Of a DNA stretch of 64,000 nucleotides, positions 1 to 10,662 are shown one piece after another; position 1 is the first letter of the stretch; every line of letters starts with the position of its first letter. The DNA lies in the NCBI GenBank assembly GCA_964397755.1, contig CAYNJY010000003.1, forward strand, positions 5,923 through 69,922, written 5' to 3'. Origin of the DNA: an uncultured Gammaproteobacteria bacterium. Its GTDB lineage: Bacteria; Patescibacteriota; Microgenomatia; UBA10105; UBA927. A model generated the notes under the pieces. The model was not told the DNA's origin and did not search any database. It saw nothing but the letters and a program-made list of their open reading frames with translations. The translations under genes were made by a program, and so were the position numbers.

Positions 1-169
1 AGACAGTGGACAAGGGTGATATACTAGCGACACTCTATAGTAGCGACCGCTGGCGGCTCAAAGAGGGGATCGAAACATTGAAAAACATACCGGTGTACAC
101 AGTAGAGTAACGGTAAAAGGAAAACGGCAAACGGTAAAAGTTTTCTGTTCACAGTTTACAGTTCATCGT

Positions 170-361
170 ATGTTTAAAAATATCGTTGCACCAGTGCAAG
201 CGTGGCTCCTTTCACAAGGGCGATGTGTTGGGTGTGGCAAGAACCTTCCGTCAAAAGAGGGAAAAGGATTCGTACGGACAGACTGTCAGTGCGGCCGCAT
301 CTACATGTACGATCCCGCGGACAAGACGTACCGTCGGGCTACTCTTCATGAAATCAGGTAA
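170..361 (+). CDS. possible small C4 zinc-ribbon protein (63 aa), overlaps the mltG start in another frame
   Basis: ORF with CxxC...CxC spacing (CVGCG...CQCG); no SD; no recognisable family. Confidence 0.3.
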   Translation: MFKNIVAPVQAWLLSQGRCVGCGKNLPSKEGKGFVRTDCQCGRIYMYDPADKTYRRATLHEIR

Positions 362-1331
362 ACATACGCCGTTTATTCGACGGGTTCTCGTTTTGGCAAT
401 CGTTGTTGCTCTTCTCGCGCTCGTCGGCCTCCTCTGGTGGGCTGATGCTGTTTCGCCTGTTGATTCCTCTGATCTCTCGCCGGTCGTCTTCACCGTCGGT
501 CGCGGTGAGAGTGGGAGAAGTATCGCAACCCGGCTTACCCGTGAAGGGCTCATCCGGAGTCCCACCGGGTTTTTCGTCATGGTGAAAATACTTGGCATAG
601 AGAAGAATCTTCAGGCTGGTCTGTTTCGACTGAACAGGTCAATGAACAGTCGGCAGGTTGCTGAGGAGCTCACCCACGGCTCCCTTGACGTCTGGGTAAC
701 GATTCTCGAGGGCTGGCGCGTTGAAGAAATCGCAACCAAACTCGCCCGTGAGCTGGATGTTCCCGAAGCGGAGTTTCTGAAACACGCAGAAGAAGGCTCT
801 CTGTTTCCCGACACCTACCTGATACCGAAAGACTCGACACCAGAAGCTATTGCGGCGATGCTGCGCGAGAATTTCGACCGGAGAATAACAGGGCAGATGC
901 GGGAGGATGCGAAAAAGTCCAGGCTTCGGTTTGACGAGGTCATTACCCTCGCTTCCATTGTTGAGCGCGAAGGGAGAACCGATGAGGATCGACCCGTAAT
1001 AGCTGGAATCCTCCTCAAGCGGCTTAAAGCCGGTATGGCCCTCCAGGCAGACGCCACACTCCAGTACGCGCTCGGCTACCAACCAGAGGAAAAAAGCTGG
1101 TGGAAAAAGTTCCTCACGAGCGACGATAAAGCGATCCGCTCGCCCTACAATACCTACCGAAATCCGGGGCTCCCGCCTGGGCCGATTGCCAATCCGGGTC
1201 TGGCTTCGATCAAAGCGGTTATCTACCCCACAGAGAGCGAATACTGGTATTACCTCCACGACAAAGCAGGTGGTGTGCACTACGGCCGGACCCTTGAGGA
1301 GCACAACGCAAACGTCGCCCGCTACCTCTAA
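348..1331 (+). CDS. mltG: endolytic murein transglycosylase MltG/YceG
   Basis: N-terminal TM helix then YceG-like domain; ATG at 348 chosen inside longer ORF 186..1331. Confidence 0.85.
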   Translation: MKSGKHTPFIRRVLVLAIVVALLALVGLLWWADAVSPVDSSDLSPVVFTVGRGESGRSIATRLTREGLIRSPTGFFVMVKILGIEKNLQAGLFRLNRSMNSRQVAEELTHGSLDVWVTILEGWRVEEIATKLARELDVPEAEFLKHAEEGSLFPDTYLIPKDSTPEAIAAMLRENFDRRITGQMREDAKKSRLRFDEVITLASIVEREGRTDEDRPVIAGILLKRLKAGMALQADATLQYALGYQPEEKSWWKKFLTSDDKAIRSPYNTYRNPGLPPGPIANPGLASIKAVIYPTESEYWYYLHDKAGGVHYGRTLEEHNANVARYL

Positions 1332-1385
1332 TAGAGCTACACATCTTGGTTTATTCTGACGGCCTTTTACGATACACTCCAACCG

Positions 1386-1823
1386 ATGATTTCGCCAGAG
1401 ACGTTGGTGAGTATTCGGGAGCTGATGCTGGTAGCTCCAATGACCGGCGCAGCGATACTTGTATCGGGTAAAGACCATGTTCTTAACCACATTAAAACCC
1501 AAGCTACTGGCTTGAAGCATAGGGGACACATGAATAGAGATATGCCAAGCGGTGAAACAGCAATACTTATTCCCACAGGAGCAAGCGTAAGAATGGTCAT
1601 TAACCGTATAAAAGTTCTGCTAATGGACTTTCGTGAAAGATCAGGAGGACGCGAAGCTGGTCTGAGAGTCGTAGTTGGTGGTACCCCACAAACAGTAAGC
1701 GAAGTTAACCAATCAGTCGCTGTAAAAGGAGTACCTGGCGTTACCGTTGTGTACCTGGGGTCAGTTGATAATGAAAAAACAGAGAGAGAATTTGACAGCC
1801 GCTACCCCAGACAATCAGGATAA
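1386..1823 (+). CDS. hypothetical protein (145 aa), coding status uncertain
   Basis: ORF fills most of the 660-nt mltG-rpoB gap; no recognisable motifs. Confidence 0.3.
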   Translation: MISPETLVSIRELMLVAPMTGAAILVSGKDHVLNHIKTQATGLKHRGHMNRDMPSGETAILIPTGASVRMVINRIKVLLMDFRERSGGREAGLRVVVGGTPQTVSEVNQSVAVKGVPGVTVVYLGSVDNEKTEREFDSRYPRQSG

Positions 1824-1935
1824 CCTCTCTCCGGTTTTACATCCACACCGCGAGGATCGCGTCCATGAGGGCTGGAGTCGCCCCTTGACAAGAGGGGAAA
1901 AGGAGATATAATTGGTCTTAATTCAATAGCCAAAA

Positions 1936-1966
1936 GAGGCGAACGTTCATTGTTCGCTTCTTTTTG
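1936..1966 (+). terminator. hairpin GAGGCGAAC/GTTCGCTTC followed by TTTTT immediately upstream of rpoB (possible attenuator)
   Basis: 9-bp stem (one GU), 7-nt loop, T5 tract; overlaps the alternative TTG start at 1950. Confidence 0.5.
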
Positions 1967-1991
1967 TCGTTCACTAAAGAACTTATTCGCG

Positions 1992-4900
1992 ATGGCGGCT
2001 GCAACTCCCACCCAAAGGCTTTACTGGGGAAAAGAGTATACCGACCTTCCCCAACTCGATCTGACGCTGGTGCAGCGCGAGAGCTACCAGTGGTTTCTCG
2101 AACACGCAATCCGTGAACTCCTTTCTGAGATTACCCCCGTCACAGACTTTACCGGAAAAAACTGGGAGCTCATCTTCGGCGATTACTACTTCGGCAGACC
2201 ACGGCTCACGCCAGCGCTGGCTCAGGAGAAAGGGCTCACGTTCGACATGTCGCTCAAGGTGAAAGCAACGCTCACGAACAAACAATCCGGCCACCAAATC
2301 ACCCAAGGGGTCTTCCTCGGAGACATCCCAGCGATGACCCAGTACGGCACCTTTATTATTAATGGCATAGAGCGTTGTGTCGTCAACCAGCTTGTCCGCT
2401 CACCAGGGATCTACTTTACCGCAGAAGTAGACCCGTCAACCGGTCGGACGCTTTTTAGCGCGGAAATTCGCCCGCTCCACGGCAGCTGGCTTGAGGTTTT
2501 CTCCACCCGCAGCGACGTGCTCATGGTTCGTATCGACCGGAGACGAAAGTTCATCGCGACGACATTTTTGCGTGCGATCGGCCTGTCGACCAACGATGAG
2601 ATCACCGTGGCACTCGGCGATGCCGATAAAAACCCGGACCACCGGTACCTTGAGGCGACGTTTGCTAAAGATACAACGACGAATCAGACAGAGGCGGTTC
2701 TTGAGTTGTATCGAAAGCTTCGACCCGGAGAGCCAATTGTTCTTGAAAACGCGCAGGAACTCCTCCGGAGCATGTTTTTTGATTACCGTAGATATTCGCT
2801 GGAGCGAGTCGGGCGTTACAAGATGAACAAGAAACTCGGCATCACCGTGCCCAACGACAAGAGCCACTGGACACTCACACGCGAGGACATTATCGGCGGC
2901 CTTCGGTACCTTATGAAGCTTACGAGTGGCGTTGGTGACGTTGATGATATCGATCATCTGGGGAATCGAAGAGTACGGCGTGTGGGGGAGCTCGTTGCGA
3001 CTAACGCCTTTCGTGTTGGGGTACTAAGGCTCGAGCGCAGCATCCGGGAAAAAATGAGTATTGCCGGTCCGACTGCTGAAGATCTGACGCCGACGCATCT
3101 TGTCAATGCGCGTCCTATCATTGCGGCGATCAACGACTTTTTCCGGACAAGCCAGCTCTCAACCATTCTTGACCAAACGAATCCCCTTGCAGAAATCGAT
3201 AACCTCCGCAGACTTACCGTCATGGGAACAGGCGGGATAAGCCGCGAGCGTGCAAGCTTCAGTATCCGAGACATCAACGCGTCCCAGTACGGCAGAATTG
3301 ATCCGGTCCGTTCGCCAGAAGGCCCCAACATTGGCCTTGTTACATATATGTCACTTTACACACGGATTAACGAGTATGGGTTTCTCGAATCTCCGTACCG
3401 AAAGGTGGAGAAAGTGACGCGGGGTGAGAGCGTTCGTATGCGCGTCACCAACGAGATTGTGTATCTGGATGCAAGCGATGAAATGTATCACTACATTACG
3501 CACGCAGGAGTCACCATAGGCGCAGACGGCTACATTAAAGATAAGCGGGTTCCCGTGCGCTTTAAAGGCGATTTTTTAGAGGCGGATGCGACGGTTGTTG
3601 ACTACGTTGATGTGGTCCCGCGGGAAGTTGTTGGAGGCCCGGCATCGCTCATTCCGTTCCTTGCACATGATGAAGCAAACCGGGCGCTCATGGGCACGCA
3701 CATGCAGTGTCAGGCAGTTCCGCTCCTTCGCCCTGCAAGTCCAATTGTCGGAACCGGGATGGAAGAAGCAATCGCAGGAGCGATGGGACGGGTCATCCGC
3801 GCGCCGTCCGACGGAGTCGTCACGTACGCAGATGCGGGAACGGTGGTTTTTGATGGGAAAGACGGGACGCAGACGTGGAATCTTGAGAAATTTAAACGCT
3901 CCGCACAGTCTACATGCTACAACCAACGCGTCCTGGTCAAGACTGGTGATCGCGTGAAGGAGGGCGATGTGATCGTTGAAGGCCCGGCGATGGAAGGATC
4001 AGAACTTGCACTTGGATCAAACGTCGTAATTGCGTACATGAGTTACGAAGGACTGGGGTATGAAGACGCGATCGTCATCTCAGACCGACTCGTACGAGAA
4101 GATGTTCTCACATCAGTTCACATCGAGGAGTACGAGTGCAGCGTGGTGGATACCAAGCTCGGGCCGGAGGAGACGACACGCGACATCCCCAATGTCGGTG
4201 AGGAAGCGCTTCGTAATCTCGATGAGAACGGCATCGTTGTCGTTGGTGCTGAGGTTGACCCGAATGATATTTTGGTCGGGAAGATCGCACCCAAAGGGGA
4301 AACAGAGCTGACTGCTGAGGAGCGACTCCTACGCGCGATATTTGGCGAGAAAGCCCGTGAAGTACGAGATACGTCGCTTCGCGTTTCGCACGGCGAGCGG
4401 GGGACGGTGACTGAGGTCAAGATTCTGGATAAAGAGAAGGGGGATGAACTCGAGCCGGGAACGAACCGCAAGATTGTTGTAAAGGTTGCGCAGATGCGCA
4501 AGATTGTTGTTGGAGACAAGCTGGCTGGTCGCCACGGCAACAAGGGGGTAATTAGCAAAATCGTGCCTGTCTCAGACATGCCGCACCTTCCAGATGGCAC
4601 AGTCGTTGATGTCATTATTTCACCGTTGTCGGTTCTTTCGCGTATGAACTTGGGGCAGCTCCTTGAGGCGCATTTAGGGCTTGCAATGGAAAAGCTCAAT
4701 GCCAAAGTGGCACTGCCGGTTTTTGAACATGTGCCCGAAGATCACATAATTGAAAATATGCGAAGAGCAGGCGTCCCGGTCTCCGGAAAAACACGGCTCT
4801 ACGACGGTCGAACAGGCGAACCATTTGCTGAGGAGGTCGCAGTCGGTGTCGGCTACATTATGAAGCTCATTCACATGGTCGAGGACAAAACCCACGCGCG

Positions 4901-5366
4901 TTCAACCGGGCCGTACTCGCTCGTTACACAGCAACCGCTCGGTGGAAAAGCACAAATGGGAGGCCAACGGCTGGGAGAGATGGAAGTGTGGGCTCTTGAG
5001 GCTCATCGAGCGGCACACGTACTTCAGGAGATGCTGACGATAAAGTCAGACGACGTGGTAGGGCGCGCAAAAGCCTTTGAGGCAATCGTGAAAGGCACAG
5101 ATATTCCGGCATCAACGGTGCCAGAGTCATTCAAGGTGCTCGTGAAGGAACTCCAGGCGTTGTGCATACACGTTACCCCCACGGGTGTTGTGACCGGAAG
5201 GTCATTCGTTATCTCTGGTACCGTCAAGGAAGAGGAAACACAGAAAGAAGCGGTTGAGCTTGCCTCGGTAAGCGGACAGACTGTTACCGACGACACAACG
5301 CTCGTTTCATCTCAAGGTGCGACTCCCCCAAGGGAGGAGAGCTCAAAGGTTTCTGTGAAAGTGTAA
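1992..5366 (+). CDS. rpoB: DNA-directed RNA polymerase subunit beta
   Basis: Full-length RpoB homology; ATG 1992 preferred over TTG 1950, which sits inside the hairpin. Confidence 0.95.
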   Translation: MAAATPTQRLYWGKEYTDLPQLDLTLVQRESYQWFLEHAIRELLSEITPVTDFTGKNWELIFGDYYFGRPRLTPALAQEKGLTFDMSLKVKATLTNKQSGHQITQGVFLGDIPAMTQYGTFIINGIERCVVNQLVRSPGIYFTAEVDPSTGRTLFSAEIRPLHGSWLEVFSTRSDVLMVRIDRRRKFIATTFLRAIGLSTNDEITVALGDADKNPDHRYLEATFAKDTTTNQTEAVLELYRKLRPGEPIVLENAQELLRSMFFDYRRYSLERVGRYKMNKKLGITVPNDKSHWTLTREDIIGGLRYLMKLTSGVGDVDDIDHLGNRRVRRVGELVATNAFRVGVLRLERSIREKMSIAGPTAEDLTPTHLVNARPIIAAINDFFRTSQLSTILDQTNPLAEIDNLRRLTVMGTGGISRERASFSIRDINASQYGRIDPVRSPEGPNIGLVTYMSLYTRINEYGFLESPYRKVEKVTRGESVRMRVTNEIVYLDASDEMYHYITHAGVTIGADGYIKDKRVPVRFKGDFLEADATVVDYVDVVPREVVGGPASLIPFLAHDEANRALMGTHMQCQAVPLLRPASPIVGTGMEEAIAGAMGRVIRAPSDGVVTYADAGTVVFDGKDGTQTWNLEKFKRSAQSTCYNQRVLVKTGDRVKEGDVIVEGPAMEGSELALGSNVVIAYMSYEGLGYEDAIVISDRLVREDVLTSVHIEEYECSVVDTKLGPEETTRDIPNVGEEALRNLDENGIVVVGAEVDPNDILVGKIAPKGETELTAEERLLRAIFGEKAREVRDTSLRVSHGERGTVTEVKILDKEKGDELEPGTNRKIVVKVAQMRKIVVGDKLAGRHGNKGVISKIVPVSDMPHLPDGTVVDVIISPLSVLSRMNLGQLLEAHLGLAMEKLNAKVALPVFEHVPEDHIIENMRRAGVPVSGKTRLYDGRTGEPFAEEVAVGVGYIMKLIHMVEDKTHARSTGPYSLVTQQPLGGKAQMGGQRLGEMEVWALEAHRAAHVLQEMLTIKSDDVVGRAKAFEAIVKGTDIPASTVPESFKVLVKELQALCIHVTPTGVVTGRSFVISGTVKEEETQKEAVELASVSGQTVTDDTTLVSSQGATPPREESSKVSVKV

Positions 5367-5369
5367 GTT

Positions 5370-8300
5370 ATGGATAGGAAAGGGAATTTTGTCAACATCG
5401 TAGACTTTTCAGGTTTGAAAGTGACCCTTGCTTCCCCGGAGGAAGTCAGAGGGTGGTCGTACGGTGAGGTTACGAAACCTGAAACCGTAAACTACCGCAC
5501 GCTGAGACCCGAGAAAGACGGCTTGTTTGACGAACGTATTTTTGGGCCAACCAAGGACTGGGAGTGTTACTGCGGTAAATACAAGCGAATCCGCTACCGT
5601 GGCATTATCTGCGATAAATGTGGCGTTGAGGTAACCCAGAGCAAAGTTCGTCGGGAACGTATGGCGCACATTTCTCTTGCCGCGCCGATCGCGCACGTGT
5701 GGTTCTTCAAAGGTGCACCGAGCAAGTTGTCACTCCTTCTTGATATGAGCCCTCGCGCTCTGGAGGGTGTTGTTTATTTTGCACAGTATCTCGTCACGGC
5801 AGTGAACGAAGAAGAAAAGAAAGCGGTTCTAAGAAGGCTCGGGAAAGATCACGAAGAGCGCATGGAGGAGGTTGAGAAGCGCTATGCTCTGGAGCGGGAA
5901 AAGAAGAAGAAAGAGCTCAGGCGGGGAAAAGAAGACGTGGAAAAGCGCATTACTGGATCCGAAGCACAGGAGCTTGCAGTCTCTGAGCTTACCCTCCGGG
6001 AAAGGCAGGAGCTCGCTGTCCTTGACGAGCAGTTCGCGAAGGAGAAAGAGAAAGTCGGTGAGATTATTAATCAACTTTTGACCATTGTTCGCAGTATCAA
6101 ATCACTCACGTCGATTTCCGAAGATGAATATTTGCGGCTTTTAGAGTACAACGCAGCATCGTGTTTTGAGGTCGGTATGGGAGCCGAGGCAATTCTTCGG
6201 GTGATAAAGACGCTTGATCTTGATAAGCTCGCCGCAAAACTTCGCGAAGAGATTCAGAATTCGTCAGGGCAGCGCCACATAAAGGCGACGAAGCGCCTTC
6301 GGGTGGTTGACGGCATGCGCAAAGCTGCTATACGGCCCGAGTGGACTATACTCTCCATGCTCCCCGTCATCCCCCCAGATCTGCGCCCGATGGTACAGCT
6401 CACCGGTGGTCGATTTGCAACCAGCGACCTGAATGATTTGTATCGCCGGGCGATCAACAGGAATAACAGACTCAAGCACCTCATGGATCTTGGAGCGCCA
6501 GAGATTATCCTTCGCAACGAGAAACGAATGCTCCAAGAGGCTGTTGACTCGCTCATAGACGCGACGCAGCGACCGAGTTCCCGTACGGTTATTCAGCCTC
6601 TTCGCTCGCTTTCGGACATGCTTCGCGGCAAACAAGGCCGGTTCCGACAGAATTTACTGGGGAAGCGCGTCGATTACTCTGGTCGCTCCGTCATTGTGGT
6701 TGGTCCAGAACTGAAGCTTACTCAGTGTGGCCTACCGAAGGAAATGGCGCTTGAGATGTTTAAGCCGTTTGTGCTGCGCGAACTTATCGTTCGAGGTATC
6801 GCTCCAAACGTGAAGAATGCAAAGAACGTCCTTGAACGAAGAACGCCGGAGGTCTTTGATATTCTCGAGGAAATTACGAAGAACCACCCTGTGCTTCTCA
6901 ATCGTGCGCCGACCTTGCACCGGCTCGGTATCCAGGCGTTTTACCCGGTGCTTATAGAAGGATCGGCCATCCGGATCCATCCGTGCGTGTGCGCAGGGTA
7001 CAACGCTGATTTTGATGGAGATCAGATGGCGGTCCATATTCCGCTGTCCAAAGAAGGACAGCGGGAAGCAGAAACTCTCATGACTCCCACACACAACCTT
7101 CTCAAGCCTGCGGACGGATCGCCGATTACCGTGCCGAATAAGGAGATGGTGGTTGGCTGCTATTATCTAACGACCATCGATCCAGCCAGCGAAAATATTC
7201 CCGAGAAGGATCTGTCTGTGTACGGAGATCCCAGCGATGCGGTGTATGCGCATCAGACAGGGGCGTTACCGCTCAGGCATCCAATTCGTCTTCGGAGGGA
7301 GGGAGGATTCCTTACGACTTCGGTCGGGAGGATTCTCTTTAATGAAATCCTGCCAGAAGAGCTTCGCTACATGAATATACCGGTGAAAGCAGCAACAGTC
7401 AAAAATATCGTGACACAGGCGCTTTCAGTTTTGAGTAAAGAAGCGGTCGTGCGCCTTATTGACGCGATTAAAGATATCGGGTTTTGGGGAGCAACACAGT
7501 GTGGCGGGCTTTCCGTATCGGTATTTGACTGTCAATCAGTTGCAGAGAAAGATGAGATGATTGCCCAGGCGGAGAAAAAAGTTGCAGAGATTGACCAGAA
7601 TTATCAGCAAGGACTCATCACACTTGAAGAGAAAAAGCGACTTTCAAACGAAATCTGGATTGAGGTGACGGAGCGAGTTGCAGACCTGACGTGGCAAAGA
7701 CTCGCGCAAAACAATCCAGTGAAAATGATCATCGACTCGGGTGGCGCCCGTGCAAGCAAGGATCAACTCAAGCAGCTATGTGCTATTAAAGGACTCGTGG
7801 TTGATCCGCTTGGGAAGATTGTTGAGCTTCCAACGAAGAGCAATTATCGGGAAGGCTTATCGATATTTGAGTATGTCACGAGTACGAGAGGATCGAGAAA
7901 AGGCTTAACAGACTCAGCCTTGAAGACAGCAGATGCAGGGTACCTGACGCGCCGGCTTGTTGATGTCTCCCATGACTCTATTATTCGAACCGAAGATTGC
8001 GGGACAGAAGAAGGATGGGAAGTACGGAGAGATGAAGACCGACAAACTCCATTTGCTACGCGTGTCGTCGGTAGGCACCTCGCCGCAGACGTCGTTCTGC
8101 CAGGTAGTAAAAAGGCACGCATTCTGAAGGGTGAGCTATTGACCGAAGCTCACGGTACGCTTTTTGACGAACATAATGTCGAATCGCTGACCGTACGCTC
8201 ACCCATCACCTGCCAGGCAAAGATTGGGTTGTGCGTAACCTGTTATGGCCGTGATTTCACAACGAGCCAGCTTGTTGAGATGGGAACGCCAGTAGGTGTC

Positions 8301-9095
8301 ATTGCTGCGCAATCAATCGGAGAACCAGGGACACAGCTCACCATGCGGGTAAAGCACGCGGGAGGTATCGTCGGGCTTGACGTGACGCAAGGATTGCCCC
8401 GCGTCGAAGAGCTTTTTGAGGCGCGGACCCCGCGGACGCTCTCTCCAATCACCGAAATTGCTGGAAACATTGAAGTTGCTGAGACAGAAGAAGGGTATAA
8501 GGTGCGCGTACGGAACACGACGCTCAAGCCGCCAGAGGAGCGAGAGTACCTAGTCCCGGTCACCAGCGAACTCCGGGTCAAAGATGGCGATTTAGTAGGC
8601 GCTGGTGACCAGCTTGCCAACGGCTATTTGGATCTCAAAGAGGTCCTCCGGGTCCGTGGGCTTCGTGGCACACAAAAATATCTTATTAACGAAATTCAAA
8701 AAGTCTATGAGTCGCAGGGGATCGGGATTGGCGACAAACACTTTGAAGTGATCGTTCGCAAGATGAGCGACAAAGTGCGGGCCGACACGAGCGGAGATAC
8801 CATGCTTCTGCCTGGCGAGCTCGTCGATCGTATACGTTTCCAAGAGGAGAATAGTAGGGTGCTTTCTGAGGGAGGGGAACCAGCGACCGCACAGATTATC
8901 ATGCTCGGTATCACTCGCGCGTCGCTCTACACGGAGTCTTGGTTATCAGCGGCATCGTTCCAGGAGACCACCAATATCCTCACCGACGCCGCGCTTGCAG
9001 GGAAAGAGGATAAGTTGCTGGGGCTCAAGGAAAACGTTATAATCGGTCGGCTCATTCCCGTGACGCCGGAACGGGCACAGGAACAGAATCAATAA
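5370..9095 (+). CDS. rpoC: DNA-directed RNA polymerase subunit beta prime
   Basis: [12 protein letters not shown] catalytic motif, zinc-binding CxxC near N-terminus, 1241 aa. Confidence 0.96.
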   Translation: MDRKGNFVNIVDFSGLKVTLASPEEVRGWSYGEVTKPETVNYRTLRPEKDGLFDERIFGPTKDWECYCGKYKRIRYRGIICDKCGVEVTQSKVRRERMAHISLAAPIAHVWFFKGAPSKLSLLLDMSPRALEGVVYFAQYLVTAVNEEEKKAVLRRLGKDHEERMEEVEKRYALEREKKKKELRRGKEDVEKRITGSEAQELAVSELTLRERQELAVLDEQFAKEKEKVGEIINQLLTIVRSIKSLTSISEDEYLRLLEYNAASCFEVGMGAEAILRVIKTLDLDKLAAKLREEIQNSSGQRHIKATKRLRVVDGMRKAAIRPEWTILSMLPVIPPDLRPMVQLTGGRFATSDLNDLYRRAINRNNRLKHLMDLGAPEIILRNEKRMLQEAVDSLIDATQRPSSRTVIQPLRSLSDMLRGKQGRFRQNLLGKRVDYSGRSVIVVGPELKLTQCGLPKEMALEMFKPFVLRELIVRGIAPNVKNAKNVLERRTPEVFDILEEITKNHPVLLNRAPTLHRLGIQAFYPVLIEGSAIRIHPCVCAGYNADFDGDQMAVHIPLSKEGQREAETLMTPTHNLLKPADGSPITVPNKEMVVGCYYLTTIDPASENIPEKDLSVYGDPSDAVYAHQTGALPLRHPIRLRREGGFLTTSVGRILFNEILPEELRYMNIPVKAATVKNIVTQALSVLSKEAVVRLIDAIKDIGFWGATQCGGLSVSVFDCQSVAEKDEMIAQAEKKVAEIDQNYQQGLITLEEKKRLSNEIWIEVTERVADLTWQRLAQNNPVKMIIDSGGARASKDQLKQLCAIKGLVVDPLGKIVELPTKSNYREGLSIFEYVTSTRGSRKGLTDSALKTADAGYLTRRLVDVSHDSIIRTEDCGTEEGWEVRRDEDRQTPFATRVVGRHLAADVVLPGSKKARILKGELLTEAHGTLFDEHNVESLTVRSPITCQAKIGLCVTCYGRDFTTSQLVEMGTPVGVIAAQSIGEPGTQLTMRVKHAGGIVGLDVTQGLPRVEELFEARTPRTLSPITEIAGNIEVAETEEGYKVRVRNTTLKPPEEREYLVPVTSELRVKDGDLVGAGDQLANGYLDLKEVLRVRGLRGTQKYLINEIQKVYESQGIGIGDKHFEVIVRKMSDKVRADTSGDTMLLPGELVDRIRFQEENSRVLSEGGEPATAQIIMLGITRASLYTESWLSAASFQETTNILTDAALAGKEDKLLGLKENVIIGRLIPVTPERAQEQNQ

Positions 9096-9103
9096 ACAAG
9101 GGT

Positions 9104-9538
9104 ATGCCAACAATTAATCAACTTATCAGATACGGACGGCGTCGAAAATCTAAAAAGGTGAAAGCAACCGCACTTCGGAAGTTTTTTAACGCCAAGAATC
9201 AGGTCACCAAGCAGATACCGGCGCCGTTCAAGCGCGGCGTTGTTACCTTGGTAAAAACGATGACTCCCAAAAAGCCAAACTCTGCGCTTCGAAAAGTAGC
9301 ACGCGTTCGGCTCTCGAATAAACAGGAAGTTACCGCCTACATTCCGGGTATCGGCCATGAACTAACAGAACACGCAATTGTCCTCATACGCGGGGGTCGC
9401 GTGCCGGACCTTCCAGGCGTCAAGTACCATATCGTCCGCGGGAAATACGACATGACCGGTGTCGCAAACCGCAAGAAGGGCCGGAGCCGCTACGGCGCGA
9501 AAAGAAGCGGCGGCCCAGCGGTGGCAGCCCCGAGTTAA
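9104..9538 (+). CDS. rpsL: 30S ribosomal protein S12 (C-terminal ~20 aa extension)
   Basis: PTINQLIR...PNSALRK motif. Confidence 0.95.
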   Translation: MPTINQLIRYGRRRKSKKVKATALRKFFNAKNQVTKQIPAPFKRGVVTLVKTMTPKKPNSALRKVARVRLSNKQEVTAYIPGIGHELTEHAIVLIRGGRVPDLPGVKYHIVRGKYDMTGVANRKKGRSRYGAKRSGGPAVAAPS

Positions 9539-9545
9539 GTTTTTT

Positions 9546-10019
9546 ATGCGAGGAAAGCGAGTAACTAAGCGTCTCCTTCCGCCGGATCCCGTCTATGGGA
9601 ACCGGCTTCTTACCCGGTTTATGAACCGGGTTATGGTAAGCGGCAAGAAGCGAATTGCGGAAGCACTGGTCTACCGAGCGCTTGATCTTGTGAAGGACAA
9701 GGGGCATGACCCGATGAAGGTATTTGAAACTGCCATTGCCAACGTTGGGCCGAAGATGGAAGTGCGACCGCGAAGAGTCGGCGGCGCGTCCTACCAAGTA
9801 CCCGTCGAAGTTCGCGGAGACCGCAGGACGGCACTTGCGATTCGGTGGATCGTAGCGTTTGCAAAACGGCGGTCAAACCGGGAGTATAAAACCTACGCAG
9901 ACAAGCTTGCCGCGGAGTTTTTGGACGCTGCGGGAGGTCAGGGAGAGGCGATCAAAAAGCGCGACACCGCCCACCGCATGGCCGAGGCAAATAGAGCTTT
10001 TGCGCACTTTAAATGGTAA
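9546..10019 (+). CDS. rpsG: 30S ribosomal protein S7
   Basis: S7 homology from MRGKRVTKR; ATG 9546 within longer ORF 9459. Confidence 0.93.
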   Translation: MRGKRVTKRLLPPDPVYGNRLLTRFMNRVMVSGKKRIAEALVYRALDLVKDKGHDPMKVFETAIANVGPKMEVRPRRVGGASYQVPVEVRGDRRTALAIRWIVAFAKRRSNREYKTYADKLAAEFLDAAGGQGEAIKKRDTAHRMAEANRAFAHFKW

Positions 10020-10615
10020 GGAAATACGTTGTCTCACACTTCAAACGCGTTGACCCCGTTCTCCACCGAGTGCTGACGAAGATGCCTCCGTTTACTGTAA
10101 CGTCAGCGAGGGATCCGTTTTCGGACCTTATCGAATCAGTTATCTGTCAGCAACTGTCGGAGAAGGCGGGAGCGACGATATGTGGAAGGTTGAAGGCACT
10201 ATTTCCAAGGGGAAAGATTACAGCAAAAAGTCTCCTTGCGATGCCAGATAAAAGAATCAGGGAGGTTGGACCTTCGTGGTCGAAAGTCTCCTATATCAAA
10301 AACATAGCCCGCGCAGTGAACTCAGGGAATCTTGATTTAATAAGACTTGACAGGCTTTCCGATGAGGAAGTCATCGAGGAGCTAGTGATAATTAAAGGCA
10401 TCGGCCGTTGGACAGCGGAGATGTTCCTCATGTTCTCTCTGGGGCGCGAAGACGTGTTCTCGTATGGAGACTTGGGACTCCGACGGGCGATCCAGAAACT
10501 CTATACGTTTCGGAAAGAACCAACAACGAAACAGATGGAGAAACTAGCTAATCGCTGGAAACCCTACCGGACCTGGGCCGCGCGTATTCTCTGGCAGAGT
10601 TTGGATCTTGAGTAA
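10013..10615 (+). CDS. HhH-GPD superfamily DNA glycosylase (AlkA/3-methyladenine glycosylase II-like)
   Basis: IKGIGRWTAEMFLMF...GDLGLRRA helix-hairpin-helix with catalytic Asp; start overlaps rpsG stop. Confidence 0.8.
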   Translation: MVRKYVVSHFKRVDPVLHRVLTKMPPFTVTSARDPFSDLIESVICQQLSEKAGATICGRLKALFPRGKITAKSLLAMPDKRIREVGPSWSKVSYIKNIARAVNSGNLDLIRLDRLSDEEVIEELVIIKGIGRWTAEMFLMFSLGREDVFSYGDLGLRRAIQKLYTFRKEPTTKQMEKLANRWKPYRTWAARILWQSLDLE

Positions 10616-10662
10616 ACTTCCTCCTACTTGACCCAGGCTGGTCCGTCGGGCATTATTGGGGT

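Noticed and set aside
639-1529. 296-aa minus-strand ORF
   Set aside because: Runs antisense through mltG, which has clear family homology; no independent signal.
1332-1991. tmRNA, SRP RNA or RNase P in the mltG-rpoB gap
   Set aside because: Searched by eye for GGGG...TTCGA(A/G)TCC...CCA (tmRNA), GGAAGCAGC (SRP) and GGAAAGTCCGG (RNase P) motifs on both strands; none found. RNase P was instead found at 53040-53512.
2436-2957. 173-aa minus-strand ORF (and other antisense ORFs inside rpoB/rpoC such as 4118-4705 and 6264-6635)
   Set aside because: Antisense to strongly supported RNA polymerase genes; GC-rich frames produce long spurious ORFs.
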